Made by a program: the position numbers and the translations under genes. The notes under the pieces were generated by a model, which was not told the DNA's origin, did not search any database, and saw only the letters and a list, made by a program, of their open reading frames with translations. Of a stretch of DNA of 64,000 bases, positions 24,991-39,008 are shown in pieces. The number at the start of each line of letters is the position of its first letter. Within the stretch, counting starts at the first letter, position 1. This DNA is from Mobula hypostoma (Eukaryota), in the NCBI RefSeq assembly GCF_963921235.1, contig NC_086097.1, forward strand, positions 140,494,001 to 140,558,000, given 5' to 3'.

Positions 24991-27900
24991 AACAGGAACA
25001 TGAGACAGTAAAATGATTGATTGCTAATAACAGTTTATTCAAAAGGTGGTCTTCATGTCTGAGCTTTTTTGTATTGTAAGCAAACTGAAAACAATATTGT
25101 TCAAATCTTGAATCCTAACCACAAAAGATTCAGCAGAAACTGGAAATCCAGAGCAACAGAGAAAATAATGGAGGAACTCAACAGGTCAGGCAGCATCAAT
25201 GGAGAGATATGAACAATCAATGTTTCAGGGCAAATTCTGATAAAGGGTTTCAACCAGACACTGACTGTTTATTCCTATCCATTGATGTTGGCTGACCTGT
25301 TGAATTCCTCTGGCATTTTGTGATGTTAAACCGAGATCCCTGGAAATTTGAGGCAGTAGCACCAAGCACTGTGCCTCTAAGTTCAAAGATATCAACATAA
25401 ATTTTGTGGTTACCCTGTTCTCTAGCAGCTGAATAATTTAGATTCCTAATAACCATTGCGCAACTGTACTTTATGTTACTTCTGGTAGCCAAAGGCCTGG
25501 ACTATTGATCTGGAGGTGCAAATTCATTCGATCACATCCGCTGAGGAATTTGAATTCAAGTAGTTAGATAATAAAATTAGCATCAAATAGAACAAACAAA
25601 TTGACTAAAACAAAATCAGGTTTACTACTGTTCTTTAGGAAAAGATATTTGCCATCTTAATCAAATCTGGCTTCGTGCACGGATCAAAGGAGTTGCAGAG
25701 CATTCATTACGACAAGGCTACACTCTTAAATATTTTATCAAGGGAAGTATCCCACTAGAGTTGACTTTCTCTACACCTTCCCTGCCAGAGTGTTACATCT
25801 CTACTATCCTAGCACTGGAATTTACCAAGGTCACTTTATATCCCCTGATATGCTACAATATGTATTTTTCAGCATGACATTTGTCACAGACAACTAGTAT
25901 AACAAAGAGAGGAACAAAAAGTTCTTTGAGTGAGACATGTATCCCATATCAAGATAGAGTACCCAAGACCATCGACAGCCGCTAAATCTAAATAAAACCA
26001 GGTAAAGGAGCAATACTCCTAGTATCTCTTTCACAATTCTGAATGCAGCTTAACTATTATTAACTGCTACACTAATATCTTCATAAGCTAATGGCAGTAT
26101 AAACACAGTAGAGGAATTGACCAGTAAAGGCTGCTCTATTGAATTTTAGTACAATTCCTTGGTTAATGAAGTGTACAACAGGACCTTAAGCATGAGAATT
26201 TTAATTTGCGGAACCTGACGGAGTCAACTGATCTACTTGGGGCAGAAAATTTGGGGAACAGAAAATGGACCACTAACTTATAGATGAACAAACATTTACA
26301 TAGCTTTGCCTCCACTCTGTGTGCGCTCACCCATCCCTAGAATCTCATTTTCTCTAATTCTGGCCTCTTGAGCATTTCCTCTTTTCCCTACAAGTAGTAC
26401 CAAGGCTAGAATATTAAAACTTTCCTTAATCCTTCACATCTTCACCACTACCTCCTCTTTTTGGATACACCTTGAACTGAATTTTTAATATCCATCACTG
26501 AAGTTGTCGTCCATTTTTGGCTAACAAAATTTGAGTACTTTGGGGAAATTTTTATACATTAAATTTGTTACATGAATTTGTTTTCGTTTAACTATTTTTC
26601 AGAGTCTGAATACCAATGTAAAGGCCAGCAGTTAATTGCCCATCCCAAAATGTCCTCAAGAAGGTGGTGGTGAGTGGACCTCGAAGGTCACCACGTTTCT
26701 TCTGATAAAAGTGTTGCTGCTCGTGGGAAGTTCCTGAATTTAGATTCAAAGATTTGGCAATATATTTCCAGGTTAGGATAATATTCAGCTTGCAGGGTAC
26801 CTGAGGGTAGTGCAATTCCCATGCGCCTGCTGCCCTTCTTCTGCTTGTTGGTGATATGGGAGATGCTGTCAGAGTAGCAGTACATCCTGTAGATGGTGCA
26901 GGGAATGAATGTTTAAAATGGAGGATGGTGTCCCACTCAAACAAATTAGAAGGTGCTAAACTTATTTATCCAGGCAAGTGGAGAATACTCCATTGTGTAT
27001 CTGAATTGTGGCTTCTTGATGGTGGAAAAGATTTGGATACCCAGCCTCTGACCTGGTTTTGCAGACATTGTATTTACATGGCTGATTCAGGTGAGGCTTT
27101 GGTCAAATGCAAACTGGAGGGTGGTGACAGCAAACAACTCAGTAACAGTAATGCTAATGATAGTCAATCATAGATTAGACTTTCACTTGTTAGAAACTGC
27201 CATTGGATGGTACTTTTTTGGTGTAAATCTTTCTTGTCACTTATCAACCTGTGCTTGAACATCATCTCGGACTTGCTGCATGTAAGCAGGCATTCATAAA
27301 CCTCAGCAAATAGTCATTGCATAATTAAATATCCCCACTTCTCACCTCAAGTTGAAAAAAAGTGTTACATTGGGGTATAGAATTGTTATTTTTCTTGTTA
27401 GAATTCTTGTATAATCACCTCATATATGTTCGGTGAGTTTTCCAGTGATTACAGCTGCTTCTGTATTTTTCTGGAAACTTTTTGGTTTCAGTAGCAAGTG
27501 TCACATTACATGAATCTGGCTATCTTATTGGTTAACGGTTATCAATGGAATTTCTGTCACCTCTAGTCTGATACAAGAAGACTACACTACTTTTTTAAAG
27601 TCTGTTTTCCTCTTCTTCGTCTCTCACTCTGCTTCTGCTTCTCTCTTCTTTGCACTTGTAACGCTTAATACAACAACCATAAGCAACAAGTTTTATGCCT
27701 CATTCTTGACTTCCAAAGAACATTTGGATCGCAAATGCATCAGGATCCAACGGATGGTCATTGATGAAGGAGCTGATACACAGCCAAAAAAAATTCCCAT
27801 GCCCAATAGTAGCAAATCCAACCGAGTACAGCCATTTCTGTCAGCAGAGAACCACAAGTTCTTTACATGGCAACTCTTTACAAGAGAGCCAACTAAGTTT

Positions 27901-28669
27901 CTATATTAGCACTGGCATATTCTAATAATCGCTCTGCATGAGCTTCACCACAGTGATGGGAATATGCAGGTAAAGACATACAATGTTTCAGACATGAGGC
28001 GTGTCTAAGAGACTTCTCAGATATACAAAACTGTTCAAGTTTTGTCTTTTTGGGTTATTTCAATGTTATTCTTATTTTTAATCATTATAAAACTGGGCAT
28101 TCTAAAAATAATGATGATAACTACATGGGATAAAATTAATTACAGAAGCATCAATTATTGAAATTGGCATCTTTCCATTGGCTGCCTTTTAGGATGATTT
28201 ATTGAGCTAAATGCTATTGACATCAAATAATGAATAACATGCAACTATATGTCTTCAACCATTGTCCAATCTGAATGTGCAGGATCCAAGCAAAGGATAA
28301 TGGTAGGATGGCTGGGAGAACAACAAACTGCATCTGTAGTCTTGTTTTGGGTTCATTCACGTGAAATGGCTCCCTCTGCTGATCAAAGGTATGCTGTTCA
28401 TTTCACTTTATTAAGCACTTTCTGGCAAATGCAAATTGCAGCAGTCTCCCCCATTAACACAATCCAAAATCAACACTGTCCAAGCAACAATAGAGCCTGC
28501 TATCTCATAGGCTCACAGCAGTCTGACTTTGGTGCACCTCAACCAGGAAATATTAATGCGAATATCAAGTTGGCAGTCTGAGCCTGTGTGGTCGCTTTGT
28601 GGGTTTGGAGTGGTAATTCTCATCTCCACACAACTTGGCAGTATTCAAAAGAGGTAATGAGCAGTAAAA

Positions 28670-29700
28670 GCAAACAAAAGCAAAAATGCTGGAAGAACTT
28701 TGCTGGTCGAACAACATCTGTGGAAGGAGAAACTGGTCAATGTTTTGGGTCAGTGACCCGTACTTAGAACTGGGAGAAAGTGAACAGAGCAAAATGTGAA
28801 ACAAAAGTCTTTACCGAGATAGGTTAAGTCAGATCAAGCAATGAGGAGCAGGGGTACTGTCATTGACAAGAGCATGGGAAATGAAGGGAGAGCTGTTTAA
28901 GATGATGTTCTTCTAATTTACCTTGGAGCTCACTATAACACAAAGGAGGACACAGAAAGACAGATCAGAATAGTAGTGGGATTGGGGGATTAAAGTAGCA
29001 TGCAACAGGAAAATCGGGAACACCCCTCTAAACAAAGTGCAGATATTCTGCAAAGTGATTACCCAATCTGCACTGATTTCTTTAGAGGAAGCTACGTTGT
29101 ACACTACATTGGTAAAGCGCAAGTGAATTGCTGCTTCAACCAGGGAGATTGCTTGGGCTAAAGGATGATGGAGGTGAATGGGCAGGTCCTGCATTTCCTC
29201 GTGTTTGCCGCAGGGGTACTATGGGATATGGAGTAGTGGGTGAAGGTGATTTTGAAAAACAATTAGTTACGAAGTGATTGGGCCCTGCAAAATGCACATA
29301 AGGGAGAAGAGGGGATGCCGTGACTGGAGGATGGGATAACATTGGAGCTGACAGAAATTGCAAAGGATAATGTAAATTTAACAAGGACAAAGGTCAGTAC
29401 CAAGAGAACTTTGTTCTGAGATGGTGAAAATGGGATTAGAGGGTCCCATCGCTCGTTGTTCAATGGCACATTTGCATCAAACCAGAGAAAATGCAACACC
29501 TGTCCATTCACCTCTTCCCATCCCACCATCCAGAGGACCAAACAATCATTCCAGGTGAATTCCTCCTAATCTAGTGCACTGCATTTGGTGCTCACAACAT
29601 GGCTCCTTTACACCAGAGGAAATAAGCACAGGGCTGGTGACAGTTTTGCCGATAATCTGCACTTATTCTGCAGGAGTGACACTGAACATCCTGCCTTATA
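28670..29700 (-). mobile_element. Old Penelope-like fragment with an inverted internal segment
   Basis: Terminal repeat AAAATGCTGGAAGAACT... at about 28680. GIY-YIG region on minus, then a related GIY-YIG segment on plus at about 29440-29700. Confidence 0.6.
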
Positions 29701-30064
29701 CTATTTCCATTTAGGCTTTTGTCTTATACCTCACATCTCCCCACTATTTTCATTCTAAAATCTCACCACTCTTCCTCCAGTTCTGACCAAACCATCAACT
29801 ACAGCATGTGCATTTTATTTGTTTTCTGAGCAATGGAACTTGGCAAATTTTCCCTACATTAGTTCAGGACACCACCACTAATTAGCATTTTCCTTTTCCT
29901 CATAAATAATCAGACATGGCAGTGAGCTTAAATACTCCTCAGTGAAAATTATGTTTAAGAAATCCATATTCCCAAGTTCTTAAAAAAGAACACTATTACA
30001 CTTGCTTTTAATCTTGGCTATTAATGTAACCCTTCCCACTATACTCAGTGATGTATCTACTTAC

Positions 30065-30215
30065 GAGACAAATTTGCCAACCTCCACTTGTAATATTGGA
30101 TCCTGCAGCTGAACTTCTAGAATTAATTCTTCCGGTTGAAGTGCTGCTCCAGGTTTGGAAGGTTCTGGAGAATAGATGCGTAGAATTCCCTTATAGCTGC
30201 CAATGATGATTTTAT
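30065..30215 (-). CDS. BBS9: BBS9 coding exon 2 (151 nt)
   Basis: (D)KIIIGSYKGILRIYSPEPSKPGAALQPEELILEVQLQDPILQVEVGKFVS. Acceptor ttctccag, donor gtaagt. Confidence 0.97.
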
Positions 30216-30807
30216 CTGGAGAACCAAGCAAAACAAAATTAAAGTGCATTATTTGTTCCCTTCAATACATTAAAGTAGGGAACCAGTTATTGTTCCCAAA
30301 ATCATTGATCATTATTGTAATACTGATTTTCAAAAATGCTCAAGATTCAGGTACTCATGGACAACAGAACAAAGAACCCAGACAGCTGCCTTTAATCACT
30401 AACTAGCACATTAAAATTAAATGGCCCTTTTTAAATGTTTAATTTGTGATTGGGAAAGGTCAATCACAAAAATGAAGCGATTAAGTCTGGAGTGTCTTTT
30501 GTTTACTTTTTCTCCAAAGATACCAGGAGGGTCATAAGGCCCATTATATGGATTTAACTGAAACAATAAATATAAAAAGATTGTTTGGGGGCAGAGGGAG
30601 AGTCACTCAGCATGTAGAGTTTGCCCACTCACCCACAATCAAAATGGGATTGGGGAAGGAAGAAGTTATTAGAAAGGTCTCGAAAATGTTGCATTTTGTT
30701 TGAACTACAAGAAGAATCTACAGCCAGCAAATACCTCTACTTTAATTACAATACTCAATTTCATTTGCTGACAAAACTCTAGTAAAGTCAACTTCTTTCA
30801 CACTTAC

Positions 30808-30913
30808 CACTTTCAGTGTTGTCAACATTAGCAACACATAAACATCCCTGGTCAAATTCCTCCTGCTCGCCCACAGATGTGGACCACCAATCTCGAGCTT
30901 TAAACAAAGACAT
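30808..30913 (-). CDS. BBS9: BBS9 first coding exon (ATG at 30913; the exon extends to 30923 with 10 nt of 5' UTR)
   Basis: Read by hand as MSLFKARDWWSTSVGEQEEFDQGCLCVANVDNTES(D), the canonical BBS9 N-terminus. Acceptor gatttcag (AG at 30924-30925), donor G|gtaagt. Confidence 0.96.
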
Positions 30914-31279
30914 CTTTTACAACCTGAAATCAACAAAGCAAAGAAAAACTTAGATGGCTGAAGCACATGATTGTTAGAACTGACACAGGAAGACAACTGA
31001 ATTTACATATAGTCAACATAAAGACAACCAATATTATGGAACTATTAAGTAGGCCATTCGGTCCTCCACGGCCACTCAATCATTAAATATGATAATCCAC
31101 TTCAGTACCCTGGTCGTACTTTCTCCTCACATCCCCTTCAGCATTACCAAATTTATCTACCTCTTTTTTAGAATATATTTCATGACTTGGTCTCCATCTC
31201 TTTCTGTCATTGAAAGACCTTCTGGATGACATTTCTCCTGATTCCTGTTCTAAACATCATACTTCATATTCCAAATGAG

Positions 31280-34200
31280 CTCAAAGCCTTCTACGTTTGC
31301 TTTCACCTTCAAAACAAAGAGGAACCATCATAAGCTCCCACATTCCCCACTGAAACTATGATTTCATTCTCTGAGGCCGAAGTGTGAGCAATGTTCAGGA
31401 AGGCAAACCCACGACTAGCGTCAGCCCAGATTGTCAAGTACTAAAGACCTGTGCTGATGAGCTGGTGTGTTCAATGAGATCTTTAATCTCTCGCTTTAGC
31501 AGTGTGTAGTACCCATCTGCTTGAAGTAGGCTTCAATTATACCAGTGCCCAAGAAGAGCATGGCAACCTGCCTCAATGACCATCCTCCAGTAACACTTAC
31601 ATTTACAATGAAGCGTTTTGAGAAATTGGTGATGAAGCATATCAACTCTTGCCTGAGAAGTGACTTAGATCCGCTCTAATTTGCCTACCGGAGCAACAGG
31701 TCCACAGCAGATGCAATCTCACTGGCCCTTCACTGAACCATGTGACATCTAAACAGCAAAGATGCATACATCAGGAAGCTCTTTTATCGACTACAGCTCA
31801 GCATTCAATATCATCATCTCTTCAAAGCTAATACCCTCTCCCAGTGTAGAGTACTCTCCTGCTTCAAAACATTCACCGTTGTTCCAGTACCAAAAACAGA
31901 GCAAGGGAACATGTCTGTACGACTGATGTCCTGTCGCACTTAACTCAGTAATAAGCAAATGCTTTGACAGGCTGGTCAAAGACAACATTTGCAGCATGCT
32001 ACCACCCACACTGGTACCCCTACAATTCGCCTACCGACACAACCGATCGACAGATGACGCAATAGCCACAGCTCTACACACCATCCTTACACATCTGGAG
32101 AAGGATGCTTACGTGAGAATGCTGTTTTAGGACCACAGTTCAGCATTCAACACCATAATTTCCTCCAGGATCCACAAGAAACTCAGAGAACTCGGCCTTC
32201 ACCCTGCCTTGTGTAGCTGGATCCTGGACTTACTGTCAGATCGCTGGCAGGTGGTAAGAGTGGGCTCCCTCATCTCTGCCCCTCAACACAGGTGCCCCTC
32301 AGGGATGTGTACTAAGCCCCCTCCTTTACTCTCTGTAAACCCAAGACTGTGTCGCCACCCACAGCTCCAATCTGCTAATTAAATTTTGTTGACGACACTA
32401 CACTGATTGGCCTGATCTCAAATAATAATGAGGCAGCCTATAGAGAAGTCAAGAAAACAACCTCTTCCTCAATGTTGTAAAAACAAAGGAGCTGGTTGTG
32501 GACTACAGGAGGAACGGAGACAGGCTACCTCCTATTGACATCAATGGATCTGGGGTTGAGAGGGTGAACAGCTTTAAGTTCCTCGGCATAAACATCACCA
32601 AAGATCTCACGTGGTCTGTACATACTGGCTATATGGTGAAAAAGGCACAACAGCGCTTCTTTCCCCTCAGACAGTTGTAGAAGTTTGGTATGGGCCCCCA
32701 AATTCTAAGAACTTTCTATAGGAGCACAATTGAGAGCATCTTGACTGGCTCCATCACTGCCTGGTATGGGAACTGTACTTACCTCAATCGCAGGACTCTG
32801 CAGAGAGTGGTGCGGACAGCCCAGCGCATCTGTAGATATGAACTTCCCACTATTTAGGGCATTTACAATGACAGGTGTGTAAAAAGGGCCCAAAGAATCA
32901 TTGGGGACACGAGTCACTCCAACCACAAACTGTTCCAGCTGCTACCATCCAGGAAACAGTACCGCAGCATAAAAGCCAGCACCAACAGACTCCAAGGACA
33001 GCTTCTTCCACAAGGCCATCAGACTGATTAATTCATGCCAAAACAATTGTATTTCTATGTTTTATTGACTGTCCTGTTGTACATACTATTATAAATTACC
33101 AAAAATTGCACATTGCACACTTAAATGGAGACGTAACTAAAGATTTTTACTAAATATATGAAGGATGCAAGTAATAAAGTCATAGAAACATAGAAAACCT
33201 AGAGCACGATACAGGCCCTTTGGCCCTCAAAGCTGTGCTGAACATGTCCCTACTTTAGAATTTCCTAAGCTTTACACATAGCCCTCTATTTTTCTAAGCT
33301 CCATGTAGCCATCCAGGGGTCTCTTAAAAGACCCTATCGTTTCCGACTCTACCACCGCCGCCGACAGCCCATTCCACGCACTCACCACTCTCTGCGTAAA
33401 AAAAAATTACCCCTGACATCTCCTCTGTACCTAATTCAATTCAATCTGCATGTTTCAAGACCTTGGCCCCAATACCTCCTTCTGCAGTTGAATGCTGGAT
33501 TTCCTCAATTACAGACGCCTGTCCGTTCAGATTGCCAACAACATCGCCTCCACAACCTCCATTAGCACTTGTGACTGTGTGGCTAAGCACAGCTCCAATG
33601 CCATATTCAAGGTTGCTGATGACACCACTGGTGTAGGCCATATCAAAGGTGGTGAAAAATCAGCATACAGGAGGGAGATTGAAAACCTAACTAAGTGGTG
33701 TCATAATAACAACCTCTTAATGACAGCAAGACCAAGGAGCTGATTATAGACTTCTGGAGAAGGAAATCAGAAGTCCATGAGCCAGTCCTCGTCAGAGCAT
33801 CACGACTTTAAATTCCTATGTGTTATTATTTCAGAGGACTCATCCTGGGCACAACACAAGTGCAAATACAAAGAAACCACAGCAGCACCTCTACTTCCTT
33901 AGGAGTTTGCAGAGATTTGGCTTACATCTAAAACTTTGACTTTGATAGATGTGTAGTGGAGAGTATATTGACAGGCTGCAGCTCAGCCTGGTATGGAAAC
34001 AATGCCCTTGAACTGAAAATCCTACAAAAAGTAGCGACTAATGGCCCAGACTTTCATAGGTAAAACCCTCCCAACCATTGAGGGCATCTATATGAAATGC
34101 TGTTGCAGAAAAGCAGCATCCATCATCAGGGACCCCCACCACCCAGGAAATGCTCTCCTCTTACTGCTGCCATCAGAAAGAAGATACAAGAGCCTCAGGA

Positions 34201-34545
34201 CTCATACCACCAGGTTTAGTAACAGTTACAACCCCTCAACCATCAGGCAAAGGGGATTACATCACTCAAATTCATCATGCCCCATCATTGAAATGTTCCT
34301 ACAACCAATGAACTCACTTTCAAGGACTCTTCATTTCATGTTCTCAATATTTATTGCTTATTTCTTCTTATTCTATTTGCACAGTTTCTTGTCTTCTACA
34401 CTCTGGTTGGGTGCCCTAGTTGGGCAGTCTTTCATTGATTTTTATATGGCTAATATTCTATAGTATGCTCACAAGAAAATGATTCTTAGGGTTGTATATA
34501 GGAGCATATATGTACTTTGATAATAAATTTACTCTGAACTTTGAT
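31280..34545 (+). mobile_element. Rex1/Babar LINE containing a second Rex1 copy (about 31840-33440) whose tail holds a minus-strand CR1 3' fragment (33183-33432)
   Basis: Two successive sets of RT motifs (CFK...PVPK, DYSSAFN, ADDTT). The inner copy's tail AATAAAGTCA|ATTCAATTCA is split by the CR1 piece. The outer copy resumes at about 33445. Confidence 0.8.
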
Positions 34546-35169
34546 ATTATGAAGGCGAGACTCTTCGTTCTGGAGTCCCTACTGACTAGGAACAATTTCA
34601 TCACTTAGAGTTCAATTTTCTTTAAAACACATAAGGTAGACTGTTACAGTCTTTTATCAGGGTAGTGGAGTCTAAAATTAAGGCACAGGTTTGAGAGTGG
34701 AAGGATTTAATGGGAATTTGAAGGACAATTTTCCCCCCCGCCCCCCACACCGAATGGACCAGGTATATGGAATGAGCAGCCGAAGGAAACAGTAAAGTAC
34801 AAGGACAATGCTTACAAGACATTGAACATGTGCATGGATAGGGAAGGTTTAAGGGGTCAGGGACAAAATGCAAGCAAATGGTACAAGCTTAGCAAGGCAC
34901 CTTAATTGGCACAGACAAGTTGGGTCAAAGGGCCTGTTTCAATGCTGAATAACTATGACTTTATGATTCTAACTCACCAAAATTTCTTTGACACAATCTT
35001 CCAAACCCACAACCTCCAACTGCTAGAAGGACCAAGGCAACAAAAACATGGAAATGTCATGTCTTGGAAGTTGCTCTCCAAGCTACACACCATTCTAACC
35101 TGGAAACATATTGTTGTTTCTTCACATTCATTGGGTCAAAATCCTGGAATTCCCTACCTACAGCCATGC

Positions 35170-35500
35170 CTGGCCTTTTATTCCATTCTCCTCACCTGCC
35201 TATCACCTTTCCCCTGGTGCCCCCCTCTTCCCTTTCTCCCATGGTCCACTCTCCTATCAGATTTCTTCTTCTCCAACCCTATGCCTTTTCCACCTAGCAC
35301 CTTCCAGCTTTTAGCTTCATCTCTCCTGGCTTCACCTGTCACCTTCTAGCTTGTCATTCTTCTCCTACCCCACCTTTTAATTTTGGCATCTTCCCGCTTC
35401 TTTTCCAGTCCTGATAGCGTCTTGGCCCAAAACGTCAACTGTTCATTCATTTCCTTAGATGCGGCCTGACCTGTTGAGTTCCTCCAGCATTTTGTGTGTA
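35170..35500 (+). mobile_element. Penelope-like 3' fragment with a degenerate hammerhead motif
   Basis: Pyrimidine-rich PLE 3' region followed by AGTC-CTGATA-GCG...CCC-AAAACGTC-AACT and GAGTTCCTCCAGCATTTTGTGTGT. A further partial copy lies at about 35670-35770. Confidence 0.7.
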
Positions 35501-36569
35501 ATTTATTTCAGACTCAGATTTACTTATTAGTGTATTAAAACATACAGTGAAGTGTTGTTTGCATTAACCAACACACCCAACAAAGTGCTGGAGGCAGCCC
35601 ACAAGTGCCTCCACACATTCCAGAGCCACAATGTTCAGCAGAACACAAGCAATAACAACAGAACAAACTCCTTCAGGGCAAAAGGTCTCAGCCCGAAACA
35701 TCAACTGTACTCTTTTCCACAGATGCTGCCTGGCCTACTGAGTTCCTCTAGTATTATGTGCACGTTGCTAGAACAAACTCCTTTCCAACCTGCCCCATCA
35801 TACACAGACAGGCCTCCAACCTGTTCTCAGGTTCACAGAATTTTTTACTTTATCTTAAGCACCAATATAAATGTAAAACACATAAAATATAAGGGAAATG
35901 ATATACCTGTGTGCTAACAACTAAACAGGCTACACATTAAATGAATAAAACTAGCAGCTGAAGAACATCAGAACATTGAGGTTTATGAAGCCCAAGTACC
36001 AAACCATGTTTGATAGCACAACTTGAAAAATTTAATAACTTTATACAAATACAAAGTACATTAAAATATTCATTGATTTTCTCTGGCAAATATAAAATAC
36101 TTTCATCTGATTCAGAGCATTATCAGCATTACCTGCTTGAGTTAGCCTTCTATCACTTCCATTTTGGTAAAAAGCAACATAGTAACAATCTATAACATCA
36201 AAATCTGACATAAATCCATTTAACAATGCCCATGACATTTGAAAACCTCCATGCTACGCACCAACACATTCTTCAAGCTTTTATACAAATACCTAACAAA
36301 CATCAGTCTTGAATATACTGAATAAATTAGCCATCCAGAGGTAGACAACTCTGAAGCTTTCCAACCATCTGGGGAAAGATATCTCTCTTCACCTTAGGTC
36401 AAATGAGATAACCTATTGTTTTTTCTGAATTTCTGCAAGTATAGCCCAAATATCTTCAATTGGTCTTGAAATGCTGCAAACCTAAGTTACACTGACTCCA
36501 AATCTTCCTCAGATAGGGAAACTTAAATTGTACAAAATATGTTATATCATAACTCCTGTACTACCTCAG

Positions 36570-38860
36570 CAGAACTTCCATGGTCCCTCCTGGTGTTCAG
36601 AATTCCCTTCTTGAGTTCTTTTCTGGCTCTTTTATAATCCTCAGAGGCTCTGTTCAAATCTAGCTTCCCTAGCTTTACATACTGGCCCCTTTTCTTCTTG
36701 ACTAAATTCATCACCTCCCAAGATTCTCATACCTTGCCAGCCTTGTCCTTTCTTTTGACTGGAACATAACTGCGCTGTTCTCTGTTCAGTTGGTCTTTAA
36801 ATACCCTCCACATGTCAGGTGTGGACCTGCCCAAAAACAGTTGTTCCCAATTAACTCTCCCTAGTTCCTGCCTAATGCTCTCATAATTTGATATTCTCCT
36901 GCAAGGTCAATACTTATCCTATCTTAAACCTTAAGGAGTTGTTGTCAATGTCCCCTAACTGCTCACCTACTGAAAGGTCAGTCACCTGACCAGACTCATT
37001 ACCCAACACCAGGCCCAGTATAGACCCACACCCACCCCCACCCCCACCCCTCTTGTTGGACTATCTACATATTGATTTAAGAAATCCTCCCGGATGAAAC
37101 TAACAAATTCTGTTTAATTTAAACGTCCTGCACTAAGAAAGTCCCAGTGACAACAATCCTATTGTTTTTACACTTTTCCTTAATCCGCCTGCATACCTGT
37201 TCCTCCATGTCCTAGTGGCTGAGGGGAGGGGAGGGGATCTATAGTACAATCCCAGAGTTGTTGTACCCTTCTTATTTTTGAGTTTGACCAACATAGCCTC
37301 AGCAGATGAGCCCTCCATTTTGTCCCATTTGAGTGCAACTGTGATATTGTCCCTGATTAGTAGCACCACTCCCTCACCCCCTCTTTTACCGATCTTTTCT
37401 ATACCATCAAAATCCCAAGATATTACGCACCCATTTCTGTCCTTCTCTCAACCAATTCTCTGCAATGGTCACAACATCATAGTTCCATGTACTGGTCCAT
37501 ACTTGAAGTTCATCACCTTTACCTCTAATACACCAAGCAATAAAATACAAACACTTCAAACTATCCTTTCTATCATATCTGTAACTTTGCTCCTTCCTGG
37601 TTTTACTGGCCCTAACATCTACCTTTCTCTCCATCTCTCCACTTTCTGACCTGGTGCTCTGGTTCCCATCCCCCTGCCAAACGAGTTTAAACCCTTCCAA
37701 GTAGCATGAGCGAACCTCCCAGCCAGGATGTTGGTTCCCCTCCATCTCTCTTGTACAAGTCACCGCCTCAGAAAAGGTTCCATTGATTCAAGAACCTGAA
37801 ACCCTGTCCCCTGCAACAGTTCTTCAGCCATTCATTCATCTGTATTATTATCCTATTTTTGTCCTGGCTAGCACACGGCACTGGAAATCCTGCTCTGCAG
37901 CCTCTTACCTAATTCACTTATACCCACTACACAGGACCTTTCTCCTTTTCTACCTGTGTCATTGGTGCCAACATGCATTACAATTGCTGTCTGCTCATCC
38001 TCCCCCCTTAAGAACATTCCTGGACCCTAACTCCCAGGAGGCGACATACCTTCTTGGAGTCTCTATTGCTGCCACAGGATCTTCTGTGTGTTCCTCTAAC
38101 TATTGAGTCTCCCATCACTATCACTGCCTGACGTTACCCTTCCCTACTGTGCCTCAGAGCTAACCCTGTGCCTCTCACCTGGCTGCTGCTGCAGTGCCCT
38201 GATAGGTTATTCCCCCCAGCAGTATCCAAAGGTGAATACTTGTTGCTGATGGGAACCCCACAAGAACTGCTTACTCCCCTTACTTCTCCTGGTTATCACC
38301 TGAAGCTGCATTCTGGATGTGACCACCTCAATAAAAATTTCATCTATGAGGTTTTCAGCCTCCTGGATGGTCCGAGTGCATCTAGCTCCAGTTTCTTGAC
38401 CTGGTCAGTCAGAAGCTGAAGTTGGGTGCACTTCCCGCAGATGTAGTCATCAGGGAAACTATTAGGTACACCGCAATCCCACATTTTACAAGAGGAACAT
38501 TCCACCACCTTAACTACCATCCTGCCTGCACTGAGTTAAGATCCAAAGATTTACAGACAACAAAAAAGGCTTACCTGTCCTCACCTGTGCCTTTTCTCTG
38601 AACCCTTTGGGTTTTGCACTCACCTAGGTCAGCCTCTTCTATCCAGGCATGTTACACCTTTGGCTCTTACTTCTCAAGCCTAGTTCTACAATCAAATGAA
38701 ATGATACCAAACAAAACAGCACCCTTAACCTCTGCCTGTTCTTGCCAAAGCCTGTCAACTCAACACTAGCCCACTCCAACAATGGGTGCTCCGCATACAC
38801 ACCACTTCTTTTCATTGGCCTTTGCCAAGTGCCTAATAGACCACCACGATTGAATACCAC
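36570..38860 (-). mobile_element. CR1 LINE, 5' portion (ORF1 and APE endonuclease remnants)
   Basis: LKCLYFIAWCIRGKGDEL...YDVVTIAENWL and LGLYYRSP (APE domain). Upstream ORF1-like sequence homologous to 44720-45190. Confidence 0.8.
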
Positions 38861-39008
38861 CTAAAAGTTCTGAAAAGGCCCCAAGCTCTTTTTAAAATAA
38901 GTCTGCCTCTCCCACAAGCGAGTGCTCATGATGATTGAAGGCTGCTGCAAATTTTTTTTTAACTTTAATATTGGTTTATTATTATTGTACCAAGATTTGG
39001 TTCCTTAA

